In this document: positions 27,741 through 37,797 of the stretch, piece by piece
How positions within the stretch are numbered: position 1 is the stretch's first letter
How the letters are laid out: each line of letters opens with the position of its first letter
Origin: an uncultured bacterium
GTDB lineage: Bacteria; Babelota; Babeliae; Babelales; RVW-14
DNA length: 64,000 bases
Direction: 5' to 3'
Assembly (NCBI GenBank): GCA_963759805.1
Contig: CAVXAT010000005.1
Location: 67,585 to 131,584 of the forward strand
Made by a program: the position numbers and the translations under genes
Notes under the pieces: model-generated
What the model was told of the DNA's origin: nothing
What the model saw: only the letters and a program-made list of their open reading frames with translations
Databases searched by the model: none

Positions 27741-28403
27741 ATGAAAAATTTAAGATTTTTTTTATTTGGTTTGGTTTTGACGCAATTTACAATATTTGCA
27801 CAAGAAGCAACGCCCAAAGCTGTGGAAGATGCCCAAACAGAAAGCATTGCATCTGAAGCAACACAAATCATTGAAGAAATCGCAACAAGCTCTGATGAAA
27901 CAGAAAAATGGCAATTTATCGAAAAATATTTCGCCGCAGATTTGAACATATTAAAAATTCATCAAAAATTAGGTCGTTTTTTAGATAACTACTCTTCTTA
28001 CATGGCAGCCTGTGTCACGCCTTGGTCGGCATTGGTAGCAGTTGGAATTTTTGATAAAATTGAGAAGAAAATTAACATTAACATTAAAAATAATCGTGCT
28101 TGGGATTTATTTGAGCTGACAAATTGTTGTTGTATAGCACCTATAATTGGTTTTTTAATTACAAACAAAATACTAAAAGCTATCGGCGAAAAGCTTGAAA
28201 ATGAAGATGAACGTTGTCTGCAACTATTAACAGATTTCTTAAACAACTGGGAAAAAAATAAAGCACAAACTCCCGCATCATTAATACCTATGTTCGAAAA
28301 ACTAGCAACTGATAATAACATATCAAAGGGTGATAAAGCTTTTGCACAAAAAATTGTGGAAACAATAATTGCAACTTCTTTAATGATAAATTCGGTCAAA
28401 TGA
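27741..28403 (+). CDS. secreted/membrane paralogue array, member 5
   Basis: Same conserved blocks; AAGGAG RBS. Confidence 0.85.
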   Translation: MKNLRFFLFGLVLTQFTIFAQEATPKAVEDAQTESIASEATQIIEEIATSSDETEKWQFIEKYFAADLNILKIHQKLGRFLDNYSSYMAACVTPWSALVAVGIFDKIEKKININIKNNRAWDLFELTNCCCIAPIIGFLITNKILKAIGEKLENEDERCLQLLTDFLNNWEKNKAQTPASLIPMFEKLATDNNISKGDKAFAQKIVETIIATSLMINSVK

Positions 28404-28444
28404 TCTAAATAAAAGAACAAAATAGTTGATACAGCGCATAATCG

Positions 28445-30379
28445 TTAACGACGTTTAAAATTTTTCTCGACTTCAAACTTACTTATAACCCATGTCGTTG
28501 GACGGCCGTGTACACAGATGATACGATTTTCGCATTTATTCAGGTCATCAATCAATTGCTGTACCTGAGTGAGTGTTAACTCATCACCGGCCTTGATTGC
28601 AGATTTGCAAGCAATCTGTGAATGCATGTGTTCATTAAGTTTTTTGCGAAAGATTTCCCGATCAAGCCTCTCATTCTCTTGGATGAATTCTATGGCTTGC
28701 ATGAAAAACTCTTTTAAAGATGTTTTTGAAATTTTTGGGGGACTGGTTTTAATGTTGATATCATTTTTACCAATCACTTCGAAATCAATCCCTTGATCAT
28801 TAAAAAAGTCTTTACACTCAAGCAACGATTTGATTTGGGATTCAGTGAGAGTTAAAAATTCAGGGAATAGAAGTCGCGTACCCTGTTTTTGCTCAAAATT
28901 TTTTAACAAATTTTCATAGATAATTCGCTCATGTGCCGCATGCTGATCAATGATCACAAAATTATCTTTGTTTTCAATTAAAATATATGTTTTAAAAAGC
29001 TGCCCGATAATTTTGTATGATTGCGTTTCAGGCTGGATAGTCGACGCCTGCACAGCTTTTGACTGAACACTCTGTCCATAAACCGGCAAATTAGTTTGTC
29101 CTTGTATTGGTTCTAACGGGGTACTTATTTGATCCATGGATCCTGAAATAAATTCAGGATGACAAAATGAGGTAGACACAAAAAAATCTGGCTTTGGCCT
29201 TAGGCTAGGAAACAGTTCAAAGGTTTGAGAACTCGAAAGCTCAGATATGTTATCATGCACAGCATCTTGATTTATAAAATTTGAATTCGCAAAACTCTGG
29301 TCCGTACAACTTGGCATAATCTGCTTTGACAAACTTTGAGTCAGCGTATTTTTTACAACCTCCTGCAGCATATTTTGAACAGTAACTGGCTTTATAAACC
29401 TGACCTCTTCCTTTTTTGGATGACAGTTAATATCAACAAGCGTTTTATCGATATTAATAAAAATGAATGCTGCCGGGAATTTGTCAGGCGGCAAAACATT
29501 TAAATAACCCTTGAGCAAGCCCTTGCTAAGCTCAGAATTTTTTACCCATCGATTATTCACGAAAAAAAAGATGTGAGTGCGACCGTAGCGCCAAAAATTG
29601 TGGTTTGATATATACCCACTGAATTGAATCCAACGCACTGGCTTTGACATATCAGATCGAGACGCGCCTGTGTTTGACTGGGCGCTAAGCGACAAATCAT
29701 TTAGTTCAATTAAATTTTGTGAAAAGTTATGATCCCAAACTTGCGTTGTCCTGTCCTGAATACTATTAACAGGGGGTGCATTAAGCACAAGCTTACCATC
29801 ATTGAAAAGTTTAAAATGGATTTTAGTGTGGCTCAGGCAAAAAGCATAAAAAAGCATCTGAATCTGATTCCACTCTGTCTCGTCATGCTTTAAAAATTTC
29901 TTACGCACTGGAATATTATAAAACAGGTCACGAATTACAAGATCAGTTCCAAAATTACACGCAATAGATTTTTCTGAGATTAGTTTTGAGTCTTCGTACT
30001 CTATCTGAGTACCAAGTTCAATATTCTCCTGATTTAAACGCGTAATTAATTTTATTTTGCTAATTGCGCTGATACTTGCAAGAGCCTCTCCTCGAAATCC
30101 ATATGAGTCGATAGACTCCAACTCGTCTATGTTAGATATTTTGCTGGTAGCATGCGATAAAAAACAATTCTTGGCATCAGGCACAGACATTCCGCAACCA
30201 TTGTCCACAATTCGAATTAATTGCTTGCCGGCCTTTTCGATATACAAAGAAATTTGAGAGGCCCCCGCATCAATAGAGTTTTCAACAATCTCTTTAACAA
30301 CATTTACAGGACGCTCTATAACCTCTCCGGCTGCAATCTTTTGCGCCTGATCGGGAGACAAGACTTTGATTTTGTTCAT
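28445..30379 (-). CDS. mutL: DNA mismatch repair endonuclease MutL
   Basis: IAAGEVIERP, GFRGEALASI, DINCHPKKEEV, DQHAAHER, ACKSAIKAG, CVHGRP. Confidence 0.97.
   Translation of the reverse strand: MNKIKVLSPDQAQKIAAGEVIERPVNVVKEIVENSIDAGASQISLYIEKAGKQLIRIVDNGCGMSVPDAKNCFLSHATSKISNIDELESIDSYGFRGEALASISAISKIKLITRLNQENIELGTQIEYEDSKLISEKSIACNFGTDLVIRDLFYNIPVRKKFLKHDETEWNQIQMLFYAFCLSHTKIHFKLFNDGKLVLNAPPVNSIQDRTTQVWDHNFSQNLIELNDLSLSAQSNTGASRSDMSKPVRWIQFSGYISNHNFWRYGRTHIFFFVNNRWVKNSELSKGLLKGYLNVLPPDKFPAAFIFINIDKTLVDINCHPKKEEVRFIKPVTVQNMLQEVVKNTLTQSLSKQIMPSCTDQSFANSNFINQDAVHDNISELSSSQTFELFPSLRPKPDFFVSTSFCHPEFISGSMDQISTPLEPIQGQTNLPVYGQSVQSKAVQASTIQPETQSYKIIGQLFKTYILIENKDNFVIIDQHAAHERIIYENLLKNFEQKQGTRLLFPEFLTLTESQIKSLLECKDFFNDQGIDFEVIGKNDINIKTSPPKISKTSLKEFFMQAIEFIQENERLDREIFRKKLNEHMHSQIACKSAIKAGDELTLTQVQQLIDDLNKCENRIICVHGRPTTWVISKFEVEKNFKRR
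29132..29164. repeat. palindromic element inserted in frame in the mutL linker (reads CHPEFISGSMD)
   Basis: atccatggatcctgaaataaattcaggatgaca, near-identical to intergenic copies at 21240 and 54357. Confidence 0.8.
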
Positions 30380-31002
30380 TTTTTAGGTTGCTTTTTCTTA
30401 GAAGACATAACATTCTTGTTAAGTTCGATTACGGTACTTACCGGCTCTTGACTACTTCCCAACAGTGTGACCTGGGAAGTCTTAAGATTAATTAATGCCT
30501 GAGCACTTTGCACATCAATGGGAACATCATTTTGTGCCATCTTTGTCTGTTTAATTTTTACATTGCCATCAAGTAAACACGTATTATCAAAAAGATTAAT
30601 TACTGCAGAATCTGAGTGCGCACACCTATTTTGATTAGAAATTTGAACATCATTTTTGAATGTAATCTGCTTTATGTGAGATAGACTGTTTGCTTTAGAC
30701 TCTTTTGATTTATCTTCTGTTTTTTTCTTTTCATGTTTTTTATCTGACTTTTTATCTGACTCATCAAATAGTTTAACCCTTTTTGTATCCAGGATAATTT
30801 CAAGCGATTCAGCTGTAATCTGACTGCCATCTGCCAACAACACATTAACTTTTCCAAGATAATTAAATGTAAAAGAATGCGGGTTATCTTTGGATTTTTG
30901 GCAAACAGCTTTGTTGCTGGTTATTTTTATATGTGAAAATGGATCAATCGCACTAAGCGAGTATGTTATCAAACAAACTAAGATAAAAACTTTTTTTAAC
31001 AT
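30376..31002 (-). CDS. LptA/OstA-like beta-jellyroll periplasmic protein
   Basis: Signal peptide; repeated beta pattern YLGKVNV..ITAESL..FKNDVQI..SDSAVI..LLDGNVKIKQ. Confidence 0.6.
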   Translation of the reverse strand: MLKKVFILVCLITYSLSAIDPFSHIKITSNKAVCQKSKDNPHSFTFNYLGKVNVLLADGSQITAESLEIILDTKRVKLFDESDKKSDKKHEKKKTEDKSKESKANSLSHIKQITFKNDVQISNQNRCAHSDSAVINLFDNTCLLDGNVKIKQTKMAQNDVPIDVQSAQALINLKTSQVTLLGSSQEPVSTVIELNKNVMSSKKKQPKK

Positions 31003-31093
31003 TTTTTATTACAATTCTATGGTTTATTTCGAGTTATCGAACTGAAGCTATTTACCAATCTATACAGGTTTTTTTTAAAAATCCAATAAAAAG

Positions 31094-31121
31094 GCGTTAG
31101 CGTCAAAAAAAGTGCTAACGC
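31094..31121. terminator. hairpin, probable terminator for the 31753-31145 gene
   Basis: gcgttagcg..aaaaaaa..tgctaacgc inverted repeat with an A run on the left. Confidence 0.55.
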
Positions 31122-31144
31122 TCAACTAATTTAATGATTTTTAT

Positions 31145-31753
31145 TTAACGAGCCTCTTTTTCAGATTCAGTAACATCATCAAACCAGCTCTTTAAAAATT
31201 TAACCGTAGCAACTGCAGCCTTTTTTAATAAAATCGCAGTACCAAATCCAAAATTGGCACTACCCTTTATCAATTCTATGCCACCTTCTTGCATATATTT
31301 CAAACCATCAGATACACCACCATCAAAAAAATCGACTGACAATTGAGCTAAAAAACTAATTTCTTCTGGTCTAAAAGCCTCTCGTCTTAAAATCTGTAAC
31401 TCGCTTGGAGAAATTCCGGCGTTTACAAAATCCTCTGGCCGGATTCCAGCTCGTTCAATAATTTCAGGATGTTGAACTATAAGTTTGAGAATTGTTTTTT
31501 TAACATCGAGAAGAACAACGGGGGCTCCTGAATTGTTTGGATCAAACATTGCAGCAACTTGTGGTAACATAACCCATTTTGATCCGGGAGTTAAATCACT
31601 TTTCACATTCAAAAATTCTGCACGTGGATTGTTTGGATCTTGAATGTCTATAGCCAACTCAACCGGCATTTGAACACGTATTGTATTAAAAGCTTTGACA
31701 TTCACAGATGACGCAAACAGTATCGAACAAATAATCGCAACCTTTTTCTCCAT
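31145..31753 (-). CDS. hypothetical secreted protein
   Basis: Signal peptide ending VKA; AAGGAAAGGA RBS. Confidence 0.75.
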   Translation of the reverse strand: MEKKVAIICSILFASSVNVKAFNTIRVQMPVELAIDIQDPNNPRAEFLNVKSDLTPGSKWVMLPQVAAMFDPNNSGAPVVLLDVKKTILKLIVQHPEIIERAGIRPEDFVNAGISPSELQILRREAFRPEEISFLAQLSVDFFDGGVSDGLKYMQEGGIELIKGSANFGFGTAILLKKAAVATVKFLKSWFDDVTESEKEAR

Positions 31754-31926
31754 GAGATCTTCCTTTCCTTCTACTATTTATATTATTTCGGAAGCAATAC
31801 TACTCTTTATTTCTATCAAGCACAAGTAATTTTTTAATTTTTTTATATTTAATTTTGTTGCATAAAAATTTGGCTGTGCTACTATTTGAGCTTCAAAATT
31901 GGAACAGTTTATTTAAAAAAAGTATC

Positions 31927-32574
31927 ATGCTAAGCAATATTTTACGTCTGATCTACCCATCACTTTGCCAATCGTGCACCTCAATTATTGATCAAGGGCA
32001 AACCTTTTGCTTTTCATGCCAAAGTAAAATAAAACCGGTTGTACCAATCTTTCTTGCATTAACAAAAAAGTATACGCTGAACGTCCATGCTGCTTGTGCA
32101 TATGACTATCCCGTTAAAGCATTGATCTTTAAAAAATTTTCACATGACACTCTTGCATGTAAACAACTTGCAAATTTGATGATTGATTTTGTCCCATTCG
32201 ATTCCATAAAAGCAGATTTTTTAATTCCTGTCCCCCTCCATTGGTCAAGATTCGCGTGGAGAGGATACAACCAAGCTGACTTGATTGCAAAGCAAATAAG
32301 CAAAAAACTTGGTATTCCAATGTTGAATATAGTTAAAAGAAAACGAAGAACAAATTTTCAATCCAAACTAAACACAAGTCAACGACAAGAAAATGTCGAG
32401 AACGTATTTTCTGTGAATAAGAATGCCAAAATTGGCAATCCAATAAAAGACAAAAATATTGTGATCATCGATGATCTTTTTACAACCGGAGCAACGGTGA
32501 AGAGCGTTGCTAAATCGTTAATTCACTTGCAGCCGGCTTCAATCTGCATTGTCGTTGCCTGCAGGACCATTTAA
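31927..32574 (+). CDS. comF: ComF family amidophosphoribosyltransferase-like protein
   Basis: YPSLCQSC..FCFSC, IPVPLH..RGYNQA, IIDDLFTTGAT. Confidence 0.9.
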   Translation: MLSNILRLIYPSLCQSCTSIIDQGQTFCFSCQSKIKPVVPIFLALTKKYTLNVHAACAYDYPVKALIFKKFSHDTLACKQLANLMIDFVPFDSIKADFLIPVPLHWSRFAWRGYNQADLIAKQISKKLGIPMLNIVKRKRRTNFQSKLNTSQRQENVENVFSVNKNAKIGNPIKDKNIVIIDDLFTTGATVKSVAKSLIHLQPASICIVVACRTI

Positions 32575-34002
32575 AAATTCGCTTCTAACGCCACCACTCA
32601 TTACAATTTTGCTGTTTTTAAGATCTACATAACTTTTTTGAGCAATAAGAGAAAAAAACTTGTGAGTATAACTTACCTCTTTGTTTGTAGTAAGCATGTG
32701 ACTGGAATAGTTATAACTAATATCATTCCCATTAACAGTCATGTCGTAAGTGTGCCCCACCGTCGTCCCTGAAAGAAAAATATTTTTAGTCGTTTTATGT
32801 ATGATTGCATTATTGGCTCGTAAATCTGCTATTTTTCTGGAACCATTATTTAGCGAGCAGGATATATTTTTACATTCTATCTTATCTGTAGAATTTAAAA
32901 TTTTACCCTCACTTGCATTAATAATAACCTCCAACCCTTTGTGTTTTTCAACCTCTTTTAAAATCAGATCTTTAATTACTATCTCAGCATTCTCATCCGA
33001 GCAAGTATTCTGCTTAGCTTTAGATTGAATAATTTTTAGAGGGCTCTTTTGCTGTTCCTTTTTATAGAATAAAAACCAGCAGACTCCCGCAGCAAATATA
33101 GTTATCCCAAAAAATACCATCACAAACAGATATAAGCTCTTATTTTTAGTATTTTTAACAAGCATCACAACTCTGACATTATAACTCTTTGACGGTTTTA
33201 TATTCCATGCGACAAGTTTAGGGCTAGTACCGTTACAGTCAATAACACATGCATTGCCCGTACCAACTTTTACATTAAACTCGCATCCTTCGACAGGCTC
33301 CCAGGCTTCGCCCTTCCCGCTCCGCTCCGGTAGCTCCGAGGGACAGGTCGTGGCTACGCCGGGCACCGCAGGACGATCCTTCGACAGGCTCAGGATGAGC
33401 GGCCAGCTTGCCTGGGCGCCGAAGCCTTGGCGAAGGCGGCTCGAACCATCACCCCTGGGTGACGCGCCAGACTTCAACCTACCCTCAAATTCATTTTCAA
33501 TTAATTTTAAAAAGTATCTTAACTTCCCGTTGCTACTAACGGCAATGACAACATCTTCCGGCTTATATTTTTCTATTAAATCTTGATAAAATGATCGAAT
33601 AGCCACAACAACCTCTTTTTCAGTTTCCGGCCATTTTGAATTTTCAGGCCATTTCCCACTTTTTTCCCAATCATCAAGCTCTGTGCCAAATTTGGACCTT
33701 ACCTGCTCGTCATCAAGACCGGCCCAATCCCCATAATTCAGCTCATTTAAGCGTTCATCAATGATGGGCGCCTGCAATGAATTAAATCGATCCACAATAA
33801 TTTGCGCAAATTTTCTTGTTCTTTGCAGCGGCCCACAGTAGACAGCCACCGGTTTTACATGCTTTTCGATCAAAGCTTGCGCAAAAGTGCGTGCCTGCTC
33901 TAAGCCCTTTTCAACCAACGGCAGATCGTTGGCATTCCCAACTCGATATGTCTTTTCTCCTTTATTGAAAGTGTTGCCATGACGAGCAAGAATTAAAAGC
34001 AT
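32539..34002 (-). CDS. histidine phosphatase (PGM family) read in frame into an LptC-like protein (LptC-like part 33165-32539)
   Basis: ARHGNT, PLQRT, LNELNYGDWAG; then a TM anchor and beta-jellyroll starting MLVKNTK. The fusion may be a 1-nt artefact. Confidence 0.7.
   Translation of the reverse strand: MLLILARHGNTFNKGEKTYRVGNANDLPLVEKGLEQARTFAQALIEKHVKPVAVYCGPLQRTRKFAQIIVDRFNSLQAPIIDERLNELNYGDWAGLDDEQVRSKFGTELDDWEKSGKWPENSKWPETEKEVVVAIRSFYQDLIEKYKPEDVVIAVSSNGKLRYFLKLIENEFEGRLKSGASPRGDGSSRLRQGFGAQASWPLILSLSKDRPAVPGVATTCPSELPERSGKGEAWEPVEGCEFNVKVGTGNACVIDCNGTSPKLVAWNIKPSKSYNVRVVMLVKNTKNKSLYLFVMVFFGITIFAAGVCWFLFYKKEQQKSPLKIIQSKAKQNTCSDENAEIVIKDLILKEVEKHKGLEVIINASEGKILNSTDKIECKNISCSLNNGSRKIADLRANNAIIHKTTKNIFLSGTTVGHTYDMTVNGNDISYNYSSHMLTTNKEVSYTHKFFSLIAQKSYVDLKNSKIVMSGGVRSEFLNGPAGNDNAD
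33284..33470. repeat. nested GC-rich palindromic element cluster inserted in frame in the phosphatase gene
   Basis: Two ccttcgacaggctc copies, ccaggcttcgccct..gtggctacgccgggca, gccgaagccttggcgaaggc; about 62 extra codons. Confidence 0.85.
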
Positions 34003-34103
34003 ACAGTCTATCCTTTGTACATTTTTGACTAAATTTGTTAAGTTTCATTACAATCCATATTGATTTAAGTTTTTAAAGTAGCAGATTTAGAGGGGTTTAT
34101 AAA

Positions 34104-34808
34104 GTGTATTTATCCAAATTTTTGTCCACAAGCGGAGTTTGCTCACGACGCAAAGCCACTGACGCGGTAAAATCAGGGCTTGTCACAATAAACGACAAAG
34201 TTGTCTTAGAGCCTTTTTATGTCGTAAAACCAAATGATGAGGTCTGTTTTGAGGGACAACTTGTACAGCAAAGCAAAAAATTTATTTATATTCTTTTAAA
34301 TAAACCGGAAAACTGCATCACAACAGTATCAGATGAAAATTCAAGACAAACTGTATTCGATATAATTAATTTTAAAACTGACCTGCGAATTTATCCCGTT
34401 GGTCGGCTTGACCGCATGACCACGGGGCTTTTAATTTTAACCAACGATGGTGAGCTAACCAAAAAACTAACCCACCCTCGTTACGAATTTACAAAAAAGT
34501 ACTGCGTTACTCTTGATAGATTATTTCAAAGAGATGATCTGGAAAAACTCCAGCAGGGCATTACTCTTGCCGACGGCTTCATCAAGCCAGATGCCATCTA
34601 CTACAAGCACAATAAAATTGATTGCAAAGTGATTGTAGAGATTCACAGCGGTAAAAATCGAATCGTCAGACGTATGTTTGAACATTTTGGATATCAGGTT
34701 TTAAAACTTGATCGCTTTTTCTATGCAGGACTAACTACCAAGGGCTTAGAAGTTGGGAAATGGCGTCATTTAACAACCAGAGAGGTTGCAAGTTTAAAGG
34801 GTAAGTAA
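34104..34808 (+). CDS. rRNA pseudouridine synthase, RsuA/RluB family with S4 domain
   Basis: LSKFL..GVCSRRKA, LLNKP, YPVGRLDRMTTGLLILTNDG, GKNRIVRRMF. Confidence 0.93.
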   Translation: MYLSKFLSTSGVCSRRKATDAVKSGLVTINDKVVLEPFYVVKPNDEVCFEGQLVQQSKKFIYILLNKPENCITTVSDENSRQTVFDIINFKTDLRIYPVGRLDRMTTGLLILTNDGELTKKLTHPRYEFTKKYCVTLDRLFQRDDLEKLQQGITLADGFIKPDAIYYKHNKIDCKVIVEIHSGKNRIVRRMFEHFGYQVLKLDRFFYAGLTTKGLEVGKWRHLTTREVASLKGK

Positions 34809-35082
34809 TTCACGATAATTCGCCCGGGGTTTAGCAACCTGAGCCAAAAACTCTCAGCCCGCCTAGTCTGGCGCCACCATTAAAACAGCAATTTTATGCG
34901 ATTTTGCATGTTTCGATGTATTTTATTCAATAAAATATTAATATTTTATATAACATAAAAATTCAATTTATCTTACTATTTGCAATTATAAATATTGCGT
35001 GATATCATTAGTAGTAGTTGGGTGCCATGTATTTGGCTCCAGTAAAATCTAAAACCGTGTTTCTGATGAAAGGTTATTGATC

Positions 35083-36138
35083 ATGGAGTGTATAAAAAAA
35101 TTAATATTGACAGCAATGCTTGCCGGTCTACCTGTAACACCTGGTTACGGAATGCAAGAAACAACGGACATTTTTGATATGACGCTTTTGCATTATGCTG
35201 TGATAAATGAAAATATAAATGCCGTAAAAGAACTTCTTGAATCCGGTGCCGATGTTAATCAAGCAGATAAACGCGGTGATACACCTTTGCATTTGCTGCG
35301 CGAAATGGATTCTTGAAGATTGCAGAAATTCTTATTGCACACAACGCTGATGTTAATGCAATAACGCAAATTATATGTATGATTATACACCCTACTGCAA
35401 CCTACTGATAGAATCGCAAGAAACAGAAACACAACCCAAGGTTGAGTTACCCACTGCTTTGTATGTTGCTGAGTTAAATGAACATCCTGAGACTGTAGGA
35501 ATATCTATTAAAATCGATACTAATGTTAATCACGCATATGATAGCGGTTTTACGCCTTTGATTTTTGCTACAGTAATGGACACCTAAATGTTGTAGACTT
35601 GCTTATTCGCAAGAGAGCCAATGTTAATCAAGCAAGCACGAAAGGCTTAACTCCTTTGATTCGTGCTGCAATGAATGATAGACACGCGATGGTTGTAGGA
35701 AGACTTCTTAAAGCCCATGCTGGTATTGATCAAGCAGATATTTGGGGTATGACATCTTTGCATTATGCTGCGGCAAGAGGACACTCAGATATTGTAAGAG
35801 TACTTCTTCGTGCCCACGCTAATGTTAATAAAGCAGATAATTGGGGAATGACGCCTTTGCATTTTGCTGCACTAAATGGACACTCGAATATTGTCAAGAT
35901 GCTTCTTGGCGCCCATGCTAATCTTAATCTAAAAAACAATATTGGAAAAACCCCTCTGGATTGTGCACGTAAATCAAAGGATAAAGAAACCATAGGGCTA
36001 CTCATTAGTCATAGTTCCACATCAGATGCCTCCATATCAGATACATCCATATCAGACTCCATGTCAGATACCTCCATGTCAGGGGCCTCCACACCAGAAG
36101 AGACAGAAGACGTAGAATCCACCCCTCTGCTCCATTAG
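35083..36138 (+). pseudogene. ankyrin repeat protein, frameshifted copy
   Basis: Split over three ORFs; indels versus the intact copy near 35294, 35375 and 35576. Confidence 0.85.
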
Positions 36139-36181
36139 ACCAAGTTTTAAAAGTAATAATTCCAAATTAAAATATTTGGAT

Positions 36182-36219
36182 AAAAAGAAGGTCCCGTATA
36201 AAAACGAGACCTTCTTTTT
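36182..36219 (+). terminator. Rho-independent terminator
   Basis: aaaaagaaggtcccg-tataaaaa-cgagaccttcttttt. Confidence 0.75.
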
Positions 36220-36538
36220 ATGCGCTTGAATGCTTCTCATAATAAACTTTTCTTATCCATCTTTAAAGCAACACCAACTCGCCTTCACACTGTATAATCT
36301 CTTCAACCTTTTGGCATTCTGCGGGTTGTCGCCACCATTAAAACAGCAATTTTATGCGATTTTGCATGTTTCGATGTATTTTATTCAATAAAATATTAAT
36401 ATTTTATATAACATAAAAATTCAATTTATCTTACTATTTGCAATTATAAATATTGCGTGATATCATTAGTAGTAGTTGGGTGCCATGTATTTGGCTCCAG
36501 TAAAATCTAAAACCGTGTTTCTGATGAAAGGTTATGTT

Positions 36539-37690
36539 ATGGAGTGTATAAAAAAATTAATATTGACAGCAATGCTTGCTGGTCTACCTGTAACACCTGG
36601 TTACGGAATGCAAGAAACAACGGACATTTTTGATAGGACACTTTTGATTTTTGCTGTGATAAATGAAAATATAGATGCCGTAAAAAAACTTCTTGAATCC
36701 GGTGCCGATGTTAATCAAGCAGATAAACGCGGTGATACACCTTTGCATTATGCTGCGCGAAATGGATTCTTGAAGATTGCAGAAATTCTTATTGCACACA
36801 ACGCTGATGTTAATGCAATAACACGAATTACTCGTATGATTATACCCCCTCAACCTACTGATGGAAAAACACAACACAGGGTTGAGTTAGCCACTGATTT
36901 GTATGTTGCTGAGTTAAATAAACATCCTGAGACTGTAGGAATATCTACTAAAATCGATACTAAAGTTAGCCAAGCATATGATAGTGGTGGCCGTACACCT
37001 TTGATTTTTGCTGCAATAAATGGACACGTAAATGTTGTAGACTTACTTATTCGCAAGAGAGCCAATGTTGATCAAGCAAGCACGGAAGGCTTAACTCCTT
37101 TGATTTGTGCTGCAATGAATGATAGATACGCGATGGTTGTAGGAAGACTTCTTAAAGCCCATGCTGGCATTGATCAAGCAGATATTTGGGGTATGACATC
37201 TTTGCATTATGCTGCGGCAAGAGGATGCTCAGATATTGTAAGAATACTTCTTCGATACCATGCTGATGTTAATAAAGCAGATAATTGGGGAATGACGCCT
37301 TTGCATTTTGCTGCACTAAATGGACACTCGAATATTGTCAAGATGCTTCTTGACGCCCATGCTAATCCTAATCTAAAAAACAATATTGGGAAAACCCCTC
37401 TGGATTGTGCACGTAAATCAAAAGATAAAGAAACCATAGGGCTACTCATTAGTCATAGTTCCAAGCAATCAGAAGGGTCCTCCACATCAGATACCTCCAC
37501 ATCAGATACCTCCACATCAGATACACCCATGTCAGATACCTACACATCAGAGACCTCTATATCAGGGGCCTCCACACCAGATACCTCCATGTCAGGGGCC
37601 TCCACATCAGGCACTTCCACACCAGAAGAAACAGAAGGCTCAGAAGAAGAGGCCACCCCCCTGCTCCATATAACCAAGTTTAAAAAGTAA
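36539..37690 (+). CDS. secreted ankyrin repeat protein with Ser/Thr-rich tail
   Basis: Signal peptide; multiple G-x-TPLHxAA ankyrin repeats; STSDT pentapeptide tail. Confidence 0.92.
   Translation: MECIKKLILTAMLAGLPVTPGYGMQETTDIFDRTLLIFAVINENIDAVKKLLESGADVNQADKRGDTPLHYAARNGFLKIAEILIAHNADVNAITRITRMIIPPQPTDGKTQHRVELATDLYVAELNKHPETVGISTKIDTKVSQAYDSGGRTPLIFAAINGHVNVVDLLIRKRANVDQASTEGLTPLICAAMNDRYAMVVGRLLKAHAGIDQADIWGMTSLHYAAARGCSDIVRILLRYHADVNKADNWGMTPLHFAALNGHSNIVKMLLDAHANPNLKNNIGKTPLDCARKSKDKETIGLLISHSSKQSEGSSTSDTSTSDTSTSDTPMSDTYTSETSISGASTPDTSMSGASTSGTSTPEETEGSEEEATPLLHITKFKK
37480..37625 (+). repeat. 15-bp tandem repeat (tccacatcagatacc)n, about 10 degenerate units
   Basis: Seen directly; fewer units in the first copy (36015-36095). 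Confidence 0.85.
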
Positions 37691-37716
37691 TAATTCCAAA
37701 TTAAAATATTTAGGCA

Positions 37717-37754
37717 ACAAAGAAGGTCTCGTATAAAAACGAGACCTTCTTTGT
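37717..37754. terminator. bidirectional terminator between the ankyrin gene and kdsB
   Basis: acaaagaaggtctcg-tataaaaa-cgagaccttctttgt perfect stem. Confidence 0.75.
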
Positions 37755-37797
37755 ATGCACTTGAATGCTTCTCATAATAAACTTTTCTTATCCATCT

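Noticed and set aside
29660..29692. Small GC-rich hairpin in mutL (gcgcc..gggcgc) as another inserted element
   Set aside because: No second copy in the window, so it cannot be supported without orthologue alignment.
33254..33586. 110-aa + strand ORF; likewise 48496-48768 and 51091-51723
   Set aside because: Open only because of GC-rich palindromes or antisense to real genes.
34820..34879. GC-rich stretch ending gcgccacca, like a tRNA 3' end
   Set aside because: No T-loop (GTTCRA) or cloverleaf could be built; noted only as the duplication boundary.
37480..37625. Short direct repeats as a possible CRISPR array
   Set aside because: Contiguous 15-bp coding repeats with no spacers and no cas genes.
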